From: Vicinamibacteria bacterium
GTDB lineage: Bacteria; Acidobacteriota; Vicinamibacteria; Marinacidobacterales; Marinacidobacteraceae
Direction of reading: 5' to 3'
Length of the DNA: 64,000 nucleotides
Assembly: GCA_963668695.2 (NCBI GenBank)
Contig: CAXXLQ010000004.1
Coordinates: forward strand, 3,008,001 to 3,072,000
Under the pieces are notes generated by a model, which did no database searches, had not been told where the DNA came from, and saw only the letters and a program-made list of their open reading frames with translations. Positions 55,455 through 64,000 of this stretch are shown here, piece by piece (position 1 is the first letter of the stretch; each line of letters begins with the position of its first letter). Made by a program: the position numbers and the translations under genes.

Positions 55455-56923
55455 CCGACGAGGGGGAGGATCGCTACGGGTTTGCGGGCCGCGGCGGGAT
55501 GGTCGAGAGCCTGAGCGTGGAACGGGGAGGCGAGACCGTCGCCTACCCGCCGGAGGGGGAGACGGAGGGCCGTGCTGCGGCGAGGGAGGCCGCGGAAGCC
55601 CCGGTCGAAGCGGACTTGGCCCCCGGGGATCTGGCGCCGATACGGACACGCCCGTGGCCGCAGTTCCGAGGCCCCGGCGGCTCCGGGATCGCGGATGAGC
55701 AGGGGGTGCCGCTCCGTTGGAACGCCTCTGAGGACACCGGGATCGCTTGGGAGGCGCCCCTGCCGGGGCTCGGCGTCTCGAGTCCGATCGTCTGGGGCGA
55801 CCGCGTGTTCGTGGTGGTGGCGGCGAGCCTCACGGAGGACTCGGAGTTCCGTATCGGCCTCTACGGCGACGTCGCTCCGGTTCAGAACGACAGCGAACAC
55901 CGCTGGGAACTCCGGGCGTACGACGTCTCGACCGGTGAGCCAGTCTGGACCAGGGAACTCCGCCGGGGCGTGCCCAAGACGCGTCGCCACACGAAGTCGA
56001 GCCAGGCGAACGCGACCCCGGTAACCGACGGCGAACGAATCGTCACCCTGGTCGGCAGCATGGGCGTGCTCATGTGTCACGACCTCGAAGGGAACCTGCT
56101 CTGGGAACGGGAGGTGGGCGTCCTGAACAGCGGCTGGTTCTACGACCCCGACTATCAGTGGGGGCACGCCTCCTCGCCCGTGATCCACGACGGTGCGGTG
56201 ATTGTGCTTGCCGATGTTCACGGCGAAGCTTTCCTCGGCGCCTTTGAGCTCGACACGGGCGAGCCCCGATGGCGGGCGTCCCGGAACGAGGTCTCCACCT
56301 TCTCGACCCCACTCGTTCACGAGATTCCCGGCGGTACCGAAGTCGTCGTGAACGGCACGGTGATCCGCGGTTACGACGCGGCGACCGGCGCCGAGCGCTG
56401 GCGACTCGGACCCAACTCGGAGATCCCTATCGGAGTTCCGCTGCTTGGCGACGGGCTGTTGTTCGTCCAGGCCGGTTATCCGCCCATTCGGCCCATCTAC
56501 GCGATCCGTCCCGGGTCGGAGGGAGATCTGAGCCTCGCGCCGGGCGAGGACTCGAGCGAGGCGATCGCCTGGAGCAAGAACCGGGGCGGGGTGTACATCC
56601 CCTCACCGCTCTTCTACCGCGGCGTCCTCTACCTGAACGCCAACAACGGCCGTCTCTCCGCCTACGACGGAGAGACCGGAGAGCGCCTTTACCGCGCCCG
56701 GATCGGAGGGGTAGGAGGTTCGTACGCGGCTTCGCCGATCGCGGCGGACGGCCGGCTCTACTTCACTTCGGAAGAAGGCGAAACCTTCGTGGTGCGCGCC
56801 GGGCGTGACTACGAACTCCTCGCGCGGAATAGCGTGGACCGGATCGTGATGGCCTCTCCGGCGGCGAGTGGCGGCGTGCTGGTGATTCGGGCGATCGACC
56901 GGCTCTACGGGATCGTCCGGTAG
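55451..56923 (+). CDS. BamB/PQQ-type beta-propeller protein 7 (no signal peptide)
   Basis: WPQFRGP, SSPIVWGD, ANATPVTDG, WGHASSP, YIPSP. Confidence 0.85.
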   Translation: MTDEGEDRYGFAGRGGMVESLSVERGGETVAYPPEGETEGRAAAREAAEAPVEADLAPGDLAPIRTRPWPQFRGPGGSGIADEQGVPLRWNASEDTGIAWEAPLPGLGVSSPIVWGDRVFVVVAASLTEDSEFRIGLYGDVAPVQNDSEHRWELRAYDVSTGEPVWTRELRRGVPKTRRHTKSSQANATPVTDGERIVTLVGSMGVLMCHDLEGNLLWEREVGVLNSGWFYDPDYQWGHASSPVIHDGAVIVLADVHGEAFLGAFELDTGEPRWRASRNEVSTFSTPLVHEIPGGTEVVVNGTVIRGYDAATGAERWRLGPNSEIPIGVPLLGDGLLFVQAGYPPIRPIYAIRPGSEGDLSLAPGEDSSEAIAWSKNRGGVYIPSPLFYRGVLYLNANNGRLSAYDGETGERLYRARIGGVGGSYAASPIAADGRLYFTSEEGETFVVRAGRDYELLARNSVDRIVMASPAASGGVLVIRAIDRLYGIVR

Positions 56924-56990
56924 CGGCCTGCGGATGCGGCGCGCCGCTTCTTCGCCTTCTACAATGTTCGGGACCCTCGGAGGTACCGCC

Positions 56991-58355
56991 GTGCGCCGCC
57001 CGTCTTCTCACTTTTTCCCTGTCCTGCTGACTGTCGGGCTGTTGCCGGCCGGGATTGTTCACGGCGAGGACTGGCCGCACTGGCGTGGTCCGACGCATGA
57101 CGGAGTCAGCGATGAAGTTGGACTCCCGGTCGAGTGGGACACCGAAAAGAGTGTCGTGTGGAAGACCGAGCTGCCCGCCTGGAGCGGGGCGACCCCGATC
57201 ATTTCCGGGGACACCATCTTTCTGAACGTCTCCATCCCCGCCGACGCCGCCGGCGTTCCGGCGAATCCCTCCGAGGGTTACGGCCGGCGGCGCGGCGGAG
57301 GGGCCGTCTCGGGCCGCGGAAACGTCGCCTACTCGGGGCATATCGAGCTTTGGGCGCTCGATCGGAACGACGGTTCGGTCCGCTGGATCCGTCACCTGAG
57401 CGACCGGGACACGCGCGGGCGGAAGCAGAACATGTCCTCGCCCTCTCCGGTCACCGACGGGGAGCACGTCTTCGTCCTCACCGGCACCGGGATCCTCAAG
57501 GCCTTCGACTTCGACGGAACGGAACTCTGGTCCCGCAACATCCCGGCGGACTACGGCGACTTCGGCCTCAACTGGGGCTACGCGAGCAGCCCGCTCCTGT
57601 TCGAGGACGGCATCTACGTGCAGGTTCTCCACGGAATGAAGACCGACGATCCGTCCTACGTTCTTCGGATTGACCACGCTTCGGGCGAAACCGTCTGGCG
57701 GATGGAGCGGCCCACGGAGGCGATCCGGGAATCTCCCGATTCCTATACGACTCCCTTCGTGCACGAGATAGGGGGGCGTTTCGAGCTCGTGATCACCGGC
57801 GGCGACGTCGTGACCGGTCACGATCTCGACACCGGCCGGGAGCGGTGGCGCTCCCGTGGGCTGAACCCGGAGAACAACGGCGCCTACCGCATCATTGCCT
57901 CTCCGGTCGTGAAGGACGGGATCATCTACGCGCCGACCCGGGTGAAACCGCTGCTCGCGCTCCGCGCCGGCGGGGAAGGGGACATCACCGATTCGCACCG
58001 CATCTGGTCGTTCGACCGGGGCCCCGATGTTCCGAGCCCGGTGACCGACGGCAAGCGCTTCTACGTGGTCACCGACAACGGAGTGATGTACGCGCTCGAT
58101 GCCAAGACCGGGGAGATTCTCCTCGGCCCGACGCGGCTGCCGTCCGGAACCTACAGCGCTTCACCCGTGCTGGCCGAGGGCCGGATCTACATCATCAACG
58201 AGGACGGGGTGGCCTCGGTAGTGCGGCTCGGTGACGACGACCTCGAGATTCTGGCGACGAACGACATGGGCGCCTATACGCTCAGTTCGATGGCGATGTC
58301 GAACGGACAGATCTTTCTGAGGACGGCGGAAGCGCTCTACTGCATCGGGCGATAG
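56991..58355 (+). CDS. BamB/PQQ-type beta-propeller protein 8
   Basis: GGAGG RBS before GTG 56991; [28 protein letters not shown]. Confidence 0.87.
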   Translation: MRRPSSHFFPVLLTVGLLPAGIVHGEDWPHWRGPTHDGVSDEVGLPVEWDTEKSVVWKTELPAWSGATPIISGDTIFLNVSIPADAAGVPANPSEGYGRRRGGGAVSGRGNVAYSGHIELWALDRNDGSVRWIRHLSDRDTRGRKQNMSSPSPVTDGEHVFVLTGTGILKAFDFDGTELWSRNIPADYGDFGLNWGYASSPLLFEDGIYVQVLHGMKTDDPSYVLRIDHASGETVWRMERPTEAIRESPDSYTTPFVHEIGGRFELVITGGDVVTGHDLDTGRERWRSRGLNPENNGAYRIIASPVVKDGIIYAPTRVKPLLALRAGGEGDITDSHRIWSFDRGPDVPSPVTDGKRFYVVTDNGVMYALDAKTGEILLGPTRLPSGTYSASPVLAEGRIYIINEDGVASVVRLGDDDLEILATNDMGAYTLSSMAMSNGQIFLRTAEALYCIGR

Positions 58356-58407
58356 GGCGGCGGAGCGAGGCCGGTATCCATCAGGACAGCGGGTCGATCT
58401 CGAGCTC

Positions 58408-58809
58408 CTGACCACGAACGACAGGGACCCCAACGCACTGATTCGATTCGCGTTCGCCGGCGCCCTGCTGCTCACGTCGTGTAGCGGCGACGGCGGCGAC
58501 GGTAGCCCGACCGCGCCGGCGCTCCCACTCCGTGCGCAACGACTGACCGGCATTTCGGTGGTCGCCCCGCAGACTTCGATCCGGGTGGGCCAGTCGGTCG
58601 GTCCACTGGTGGTCCGGGGCACTTACGACGACGGTCCCTCGGCAACGGTCGATGCGACCTGGGCGTCCACGGATCTCGCGGTATTGACGGTGGACGAGAA
58701 CGGCGTGGTGACCGGCGTCGGCATTGGAGTGGCCAAGGTGACTGCCACCTTCGGACCGTGGACAGCGGAAGTGCTCTTCGAAGTGACCCCGGCGAGCGCC
58801 CGGACCTGA
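58408..58809 (+). CDS. Small lipoprotein with a bacterial Ig-like (Big_2) domain; start uncertain
   Basis: In-frame upstream extension of the 58558 ORF gives FAFAGALLLTS-CSGDGGDGSPTAP; WASTDLAVLTVDENGVVTGV..G.A.VTA. Only CTG/ATT starts are available. Confidence 0.6.
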   Translation: MTTNDRDPNALIRFAFAGALLLTSCSGDGGDGSPTAPALPLRAQRLTGISVVAPQTSIRVGQSVGPLVVRGTYDDGPSATVDATWASTDLAVLTVDENGVVTGVGIGVAKVTATFGPWTAEVLFEVTPASART

Positions 58810-58865
58810 CTGATCCGGCGGACGACTTCGGGGCGTCGCCGCCGAAGTGGCGGCGCTCGCGCCCT

Positions 58866-60788
58866 TCAGGGCGCGAGCGCCGAGCGTCGGCTCCGGGAAA
58901 GAAGGAGAAGACCAGCTGACGCTCCCAGACCCAACACGTTCGGCATGGCCAGCAATTGTTCGGGCGCGGGGGGCCAGAGAAGCAGCAGTGCAGACCCGAG
59001 CGCCATCGCCCGGAGCCCGGCTGGCAGGGGACCGAACAGCCAGCCGACGATCCCGGCGGACAACAGCAAGACCACCGCACCTCCGAGCAGGAACGCCACC
59101 ACAGCCCCGGGAATTCCCCGTCCGCCGTCCAGAATCAGGAGCAGTTCGGGACGGAAGACGAAGAAATAGGGCAGGGCAAAACCAGCCAGCGCGAATCGGA
59201 AAGCGGTAAGCGCCACGGGCATGATCGGAGTGTTCGCAATGCTGGCGGTGGTGTAGGCGGCGAGCGCGACCGGCGGCGTCACCATGGACATCATCCCGAA
59301 GTAGAAGATGAAGAAGTGGACCGACAGGGGAGGGACGCCGAGTTGGCCGATCACCGGGCCGATCAGGATGGCCATCAGGAGGTAGCAGACGGCGGAAGGC
59401 AACCCCATACCCAGGACCACCGAGCCCACCATGATGAGGAGGAGCGCCGGGAGCAGTCCTTCGCCAGCGACGGACAGAACAAGAGCCGGAAAACGCGTGC
59501 CGAGGCCCGTGAGGGTGACCATCCCGAGAATGATCCCGACTGCCCCCGCGGCCGCTACGAGCGGCGCCGCACCTTCCGCGATGCGGCCGAGGGACGCCCA
59601 GAGTTTCGAGAAATCGGGCCGCGTGCTCGGGTGGAACAGCGACGCGAACACGACGATCAACAGGGCCACGCTGACCGCGCGGAACACGGTTCGGCCCGCG
59701 ATGAGGGCCGCTACGAGCGAAACGAGCCCGACCCCGAACACGATGCCCGCCTGGAAGGGGACCGCGCCGCCCCCCTCGTCCGCGACGCTCTCGCGGGGAG
59801 TGGTCACGAGATGCCGCCGGGCGTGCAGGTGGACCATGGAGAGGAGCGCCACGTAGTAGAGGAGCGCCGGAAGGATCGCGGCTTGCACCACCTGGAGGTA
59901 GCTGACCGGTGGGTCGACCAGCTCGAGCATCATGTAGGCTGCGGCTCCCATGACCGGGGGAACGAGCGCCGCTCCCGAACTCGCCGCCGCGGTGATGCCG
60001 GCCGCGGTCCGGGCGGTGAACCCGGTGCTTCGCATCAGGGGAATGGTCACCGTGCCGGTGGTGGCGGCGTCGGCGACGGCGCTTCCGGAGAGCGACCCCA
60101 TCATCGCGCTAGCGATCACCGAGACCTTTGCGGCTCCCCCGACGGTGCCCAGGAAGAGGCGCCGCGCCGAGGTCGTGATGAAGCGAATGGCTCCCGTCTC
60201 CTGCAAGACCGCGCCGAAGACCACGAACAGGAAGACGTAGGAGAACATGACCTTCATCGCGATTCCGAAGACTCCCTGGCTCTGCAAGAAGCCCTGGGAA
60301 GCAATTCGCGCGAGGGAGTAGCCCCGGTGAGGAAAGAGGAACTCGGGGAGATGAGGGCCCACGACGGCGTACGCCAGGAACAGTCCGGCAAGGATGGGCA
60401 GGGCGGGCCCGATCACTCGCGCCGTGGCGGCGAGCACGCCGACGAGGCCGAGAAGGCCCAGCGCGCTATCGAGCCCGGTTTCGCCGCCGGCGCGGTCGCC
60501 AAGCGTCGTAGGACCGAAACCGCTCCAGTAAAGAACGAAGGCGCAACTCGCCGCCGCCGCGGCGAGGCCGAACAGGTCGGTGCTCCGGCGCCACCAACCG
60601 TCGCCCGGTTTCATCCGGATCAGAAAGCAAAGCGGCAGCCCGAAGAGGGCGAAAGCCGCGAGTTGGGCTTGGGGCGAGAGCCCGGGGCGGTTGACCTCGA
60701 CCAGCACGAAACCGGTCAGCAAGAGGGTGAGGACGCGAATGGCGACCTCGCGCGCGCCGAAGCCCGCCCGCGGTTTCGGCTCAGTCAC
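58866..60788 (-). CDS. TRAP transporter fused permease (4TM/12TM)
   Basis: GGAAKVSV, SGSAVA..TTG..TIPLM, PPVMGAAAY, LGMGLP, TPPVALAAY. Confidence 0.92.
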   Translation of the reverse strand: MTEPKPRAGFGAREVAIRVLTLLLTGFVLVEVNRPGLSPQAQLAAFALFGLPLCFLIRMKPGDGWWRRSTDLFGLAAAAASCAFVLYWSGFGPTTLGDRAGGETGLDSALGLLGLVGVLAATARVIGPALPILAGLFLAYAVVGPHLPEFLFPHRGYSLARIASQGFLQSQGVFGIAMKVMFSYVFLFVVFGAVLQETGAIRFITTSARRLFLGTVGGAAKVSVIASAMMGSLSGSAVADAATTGTVTIPLMRSTGFTARTAAGITAAASSGAALVPPVMGAAAYMMLELVDPPVSYLQVVQAAILPALLYYVALLSMVHLHARRHLVTTPRESVADEGGGAVPFQAGIVFGVGLVSLVAALIAGRTVFRAVSVALLIVVFASLFHPSTRPDFSKLWASLGRIAEGAAPLVAAAGAVGIILGMVTLTGLGTRFPALVLSVAGEGLLPALLLIMVGSVVLGMGLPSAVCYLLMAILIGPVIGQLGVPPLSVHFFIFYFGMMSMVTPPVALAAYTTASIANTPIMPVALTAFRFALAGFALPYFFVFRPELLLILDGGRGIPGAVVAFLLGGAVVLLLSAGIVGWLFGPLPAGLRAMALGSALLLLWPPAPEQLLAMPNVLGLGASAGLLLLSRSRRSALAP

Positions 60789-60810
60789 CGCGGGGAACCA
60801 GGACGGCAGT

Positions 60811-60878
60811 CAGGACTTGGCAGGACTTGGCAGGACTTGGCAGGCAGGACTTGGCAGGCAGGACTTGGCAGGACTTGG
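60811..60878 (+). repeat. Intergenic tandem repeat, six CAGGACTTGG units with two CAGG spacers
   Basis: Units start at 60811, 60821, 60831, 60845, 60859 and 60869. Confidence 0.9.
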
Positions 60879-60888
60879 GACGCGCTTT

Positions 60889-61881
60889 TCAGCGGTCCGA
60901 GTCCGGTTCCGGCCAGATCCCGGCTTCTCGATAGAACCGCACCGCGCCCGGATGGAAGGGGACGCCGGTATCGCGGGAAACGTTGTTTTCGTTGATGGCC
61001 CGTCCGGCGGGGTGTTTTTCGACCACCGATTCGCGCCGTTCCCACAGCGTCCGCGTCACCTGGTAGATGGTTTCTTCATCGGCATCCGCCCGGGTAATGA
61101 CGTGCATGGAGCCAACGTCGAGGCCCAGATAGTCCTCGTCCTGCCCCCGGTAGGTCCCGGCCGGAATCACCGCCTCCCGGTAGAACGGATACTGCTCGGA
61201 AAGCTGGCTGCGGATCTCCGGATCCAGCGGGACGAGCAGCGATTCCATCCCCGCGGTCGCCTGCACGATCGATGCGGTGGGAATCGCACCTCCCAGGAAA
61301 GCCGCCACCGCGGAGTCGTCGCTCAGCATGTCCACGGCGCCCGCCTGGGTGTTGTAGAGCGGGATGAAGTCCTCGTAGGTAACGCCGTGCGCCTCCACGA
61401 TCGGCCGGATGAAGTGCTCGAAGCCGGCGCCGGCCACCCCGACCACGACCCTGTTTCCCGCGAGATCCTGAATGCGGTTGATCTCGTGCCGGCGCGGCGA
61501 AACGAAGGTTGCCACGTTGGGCGCCAGGGTCATGACCGCCTGAACCGGATAGGCCCGGCCCCAGCCGTCCTCGCCGCGTGCCGCGAAGTAGGTGACGGCC
61601 GCGTTCGAGATCGCGATATCCAGTTCCCCCGAAGCCAGCCGGCGGATGTTCTCACCCGAACCCTTGGTCGCTTCCGCGGTGACGCGGAGACCGGACTCTC
61701 CGAGGACCTCGGCGAGCGCCCCGCCCACGACAAAGAACGCACCGCCCGGCGGTGCGGTGCCCAGACTCAGGAATCGCGGTGGGGGGTCGCCACCGTTCCC
61801 GCACCCATGCAGAACCAGCAGCAGGAGAAAACACGGGACCGGGGCGCGGAGACTGCCCGCGCCGAGGTAGCGGGAACGCAC
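60889..61881 (-). CDS. TAXI family TRAP solute-binding lipoprotein
   Basis: Lipobox LHGC; GTAPPGGAFF, ATKGSGENI, IPAGTY, PFHPGAVRFY; GTG 61881. Confidence 0.9.
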   Translation of the reverse strand: MRSRYLGAGSLRAPVPCFLLLLVLHGCGNGGDPPPRFLSLGTAPPGGAFFVVGGALAEVLGESGLRVTAEATKGSGENIRRLASGELDIAISNAAVTYFAARGEDGWGRAYPVQAVMTLAPNVATFVSPRRHEINRIQDLAGNRVVVGVAGAGFEHFIRPIVEAHGVTYEDFIPLYNTQAGAVDMLSDDSAVAAFLGGAIPTASIVQATAGMESLLVPLDPEIRSQLSEQYPFYREAVIPAGTYRGQDEDYLGLDVGSMHVITRADADEETIYQVTRTLWERRESVVEKHPAGRAINENNVSRDTGVPFHPGAVRFYREAGIWPEPDSDR

Positions 61882-61891
61882 TGGGTATCGA

Positions 61892-62494
61892 CTATCGCGA
61901 CAGGGCAGCCAGAGGGCCGGACAGTGCCTCCGCCAGGTCATCCAGAGTGTCGAACCCTCCGGGCGCGCCGCCGGATTCCGAAAGGGCGAACCCCGGGAGG
62001 ATCCGTTCCATGCCGTCGTCATCGGTCCTGAGGTGCCTTTTCCCGGCCTCCCCGGCTGTCACCCGGGAAAGCCGCCCGCTCTCTCCACTCAGGAAGACAA
62101 GCGCGCGTTCGCCCATCATGAACTGGGCGGAATGAGTCGCGATCATTCGCGTGTCACCGACCGTTCCGCCAGGAATGCGGAAGCGGACCAGGTTCCGGGC
62201 CGCGCCCTTGAAATTGCGCTCCGTGCGGAGGGTCACGGTGGTGAAGATCTCGCGGCGGTCAGCTGTCCAGGCCGACCGCATGTCCAGCACTTCTCCGGCA
62301 ACGATGGTGTCCGAGCGGTCGACCAGTTCAGAGAGCGCCGGCCATGCATACGGATTCCGGAAGGGCTCCGGCTCAGGCGTCCGGCCGCGCTGCGCCGGGG
62401 CGGGAAGCGCCGAGAACAGAACCCCTGCGGAAACGAGGACTGCGAAGGCGGCGGTACGTCCGGCCCACGCTTGGTGCTTGTGAATACCGCGCAT
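61892..62494 (-). CDS. Secreted hypothetical protein
   Basis: Signal peptide APA-Q; LSELV..SD.IV.GEV, PGGTVGD, F..GE..LVFL. Confidence 0.65.
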   Translation of the reverse strand: MRGIHKHQAWAGRTAAFAVLVSAGVLFSALPAPAQRGRTPEPEPFRNPYAWPALSELVDRSDTIVAGEVLDMRSAWTADRREIFTTVTLRTERNFKGAARNLVRFRIPGGTVGDTRMIATHSAQFMMGERALVFLSGESGRLSRVTAGEAGKRHLRTDDDGMERILPGFALSESGGAPGGFDTLDDLAEALSGPLAALSR

Positions 62495-62621
62495 GCCTCT
62501 AGCATACCCACACGGTTCCGGCGCGCGCCAGCAGAGATGCCGGCGATTGGGATTCGGACTTCCGGTGGGCCGCCCCCACGGAGCGGAAAGGTGTCAAGAT
62601 TTCGGTGGCCGACCGTTCGTC

Positions 62622-63752
62622 ATGCAGTCCGAAGTCCTCGTCACCCGCGCAGCTCTTGACAGTAGCCGCCCCGCGCGCAGGCCGGCAGCCGCCTCGATGG
62701 TGATCGCGCTGGCGCTGGCCGGAGTACTCATCCCCGGTGGAGACGCACTCGGTTACCGGTTTTTCTGGCGGACTGCGGACGATCCCGCCGTCCCGGTCGC
62801 GGCCGAAGGATTGCGCTGGGACCCGGCAATCTGGGGTCCGGGGAGAACACTCCGGTGGGTCATCGCCGATTCGCCGGGATGGACGGAGTCCTGGGAGGAC
62901 CGAGGGGAAACCCAGGACCCCCCGTTCACGAGCCGGGAGGAGGTGGTCCCCTTCGTTCGCAAGGCGTTTGACGCCTGGTCTTCGCTCGCGAGCACCGACA
63001 TCGAATGGTCGGTTGCCGGGCTGGGGGGGGAACACCACGCGGAACGCGATCACGTCAACGCCGTCCGCATGCACCCGCTGGGCCTTCGCGCGTCCTATGT
63101 CGACATCTGGGAGGTGAACGGCGAGATCGTGGAGTGCGACGTGTCTCTGACTCCGGCGCACACCGAGGATCCGGACGGAACCGGACTCGAGGTGCTCATC
63201 CACGAGTTGGGGCACTGCATCGGCCTCGCGCATTCCGCGATGTTCCCGACCTGGGACACCTGGCCCTACCGGTACGGCTTCCAGCCGGCGCTCTGGGACA
63301 CGGATCCGGTCATGTCCTACGGATACCTGCCGGAGCCGGGATTGACCGCGGACGATGTTGCGGGGGCTTCATTGCTGCGGCCTTCCCGCGGCTGGCTGGA
63401 GCGGGTGGGAAGCATCACCGGTCGCGTGACCATGGCCGACCGAGCCGCCCGCTACGTTCCGGTTTTCGCGATGCAGATTTTGGGCGAAGAGCTCGTCGCC
63501 TCCGCGGGAGCGTTCACGAACGGCGAGGGGTCCTTCGCGATTGAAGGGTTGCCGCCCGGCGACTACCTGCTGGCGGCCGGCACGATGGGTGACATCAGCG
63601 GAAATACCTCGCTCGTGGACCGGGGCGCCACCCTCGGTTCGACCGATCAGTACTTGCTGGATCCGGTGCGGGTGGCCGCCGGAGCGGAAACCAGAGTTCC
63701 AGCGATCCGGCTGCGCGACGGGCGGGAGGCATCCCCTTGGAGAAGCGAATGA
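62622..63752 (+). CDS. Matrixin-like (metzincin) metalloprotease with a C-terminal beta-sandwich
   Basis: HELGHCIGLAH zinc motif, Met-turn PVMSY, GSITGRV...G.F.IEGLPPGDY. Confidence 0.85.
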   Translation: MQSEVLVTRAALDSSRPARRPAAASMVIALALAGVLIPGGDALGYRFFWRTADDPAVPVAAEGLRWDPAIWGPGRTLRWVIADSPGWTESWEDRGETQDPPFTSREEVVPFVRKAFDAWSSLASTDIEWSVAGLGGEHHAERDHVNAVRMHPLGLRASYVDIWEVNGEIVECDVSLTPAHTEDPDGTGLEVLIHELGHCIGLAHSAMFPTWDTWPYRYGFQPALWDTDPVMSYGYLPEPGLTADDVAGASLLRPSRGWLERVGSITGRVTMADRAARYVPVFAMQILGEELVASAGAFTNGEGSFAIEGLPPGDYLLAAGTMGDISGNTSLVDRGATLGSTDQYLLDPVRVAAGAETRVPAIRLRDGREASPWRSE

Positions 63753-64000
63753 CCCGGCGGGTGTTACTCGCGACCGCCGCGGCGGCCGCGCCCGGATTGT
63801 TCGCGTGCGGTGGGGACGACAGCTCCCGTCCCACTGCGCCACCAGCGCCCGCTCCGCCCCCGCCTCCCGCATTCGCCGTTTCTTTCGCGGAGAACGATCT
63901 CGAGGTCCGTGAAGGAGAGACCCTCGCCGTCAAGGTGCTCTACGAGGTCCGGGAACTCACCGCTCCGGTGCAGGTGCGGCTCAGCGCCGCTCACGACAGC
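63749..64000 (+). CDS. Lipoprotein, N-terminal part only (runs off the window end)
   Basis: ATGA overlap with the upstream stop; MTRRVLLATAAAAAPGLFA-CGGDDSSRPTAPPAPAPPP. Confidence 0.7.
   Translation, partial: MTRRVLLATAAAAAPGLFACGGDDSSRPTAPPAPAPPPPPAFAVSFAENDLEVREGETLAVKVLYEVRELTAPVQVRLSAAHDS

Noticed and set aside
60811-60878. Tandem repeat as a CRISPR or iteron array
   Set aside because: Contiguous 10-bp units without spacers, and no rep or cas gene nearby.
62579-62591. CGGAGCGGAAAGG shared with the M5b insert (about 16717-16729)
   Set aside because: A 13-nt GC-rich match with no flanking similarity, compatible with chance.

Overview
A high-GC bacterial window of about 45 CDS, mostly secreted or lipoprotein hydrolases (GGT, glycosylasparaginase, three S9 and two M28 peptidases, amidohydrolases, a matrixin), with a TonB receptor, a TRAP/TAXI pair, a vapBC module and eight BamB/PQQ-type beta-propeller genes. 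Gene content (PQQ-propeller expansion, ankyrin, spondin) suggests an Acidobacteriota/Planctomycetota-like and possibly host-associated organism; this is inference only. I saw no rRNA, tRNA, CRISPR array, transposase or integrase. The main non-genic signal is a 179-bp MITE family (8 complete copies plus 1 partial) with CAGCCTG...CAGGCTG ends and YTAR-like 4-bp flanks. Its diverged copies carry an invariant 18-bp unit, CCAGTTCTCCCGGTGGGG (15 exact copies), at three internal hotspots, in different combinations and in both orientations. Two tandem MITE copies sit in frame inside a signal peptide, and one is nested in another. Two loci show the layout gene - MITE - cargo - displaced, synonymously diverged copy of the same gene's 3' end. 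An EhpF/LuxE-like adenylating enzyme, an acylating-type ALDH, a GT4 and an ABC exporter look like an interrupted operon of unknown product. All alignments and counts were done by eye.
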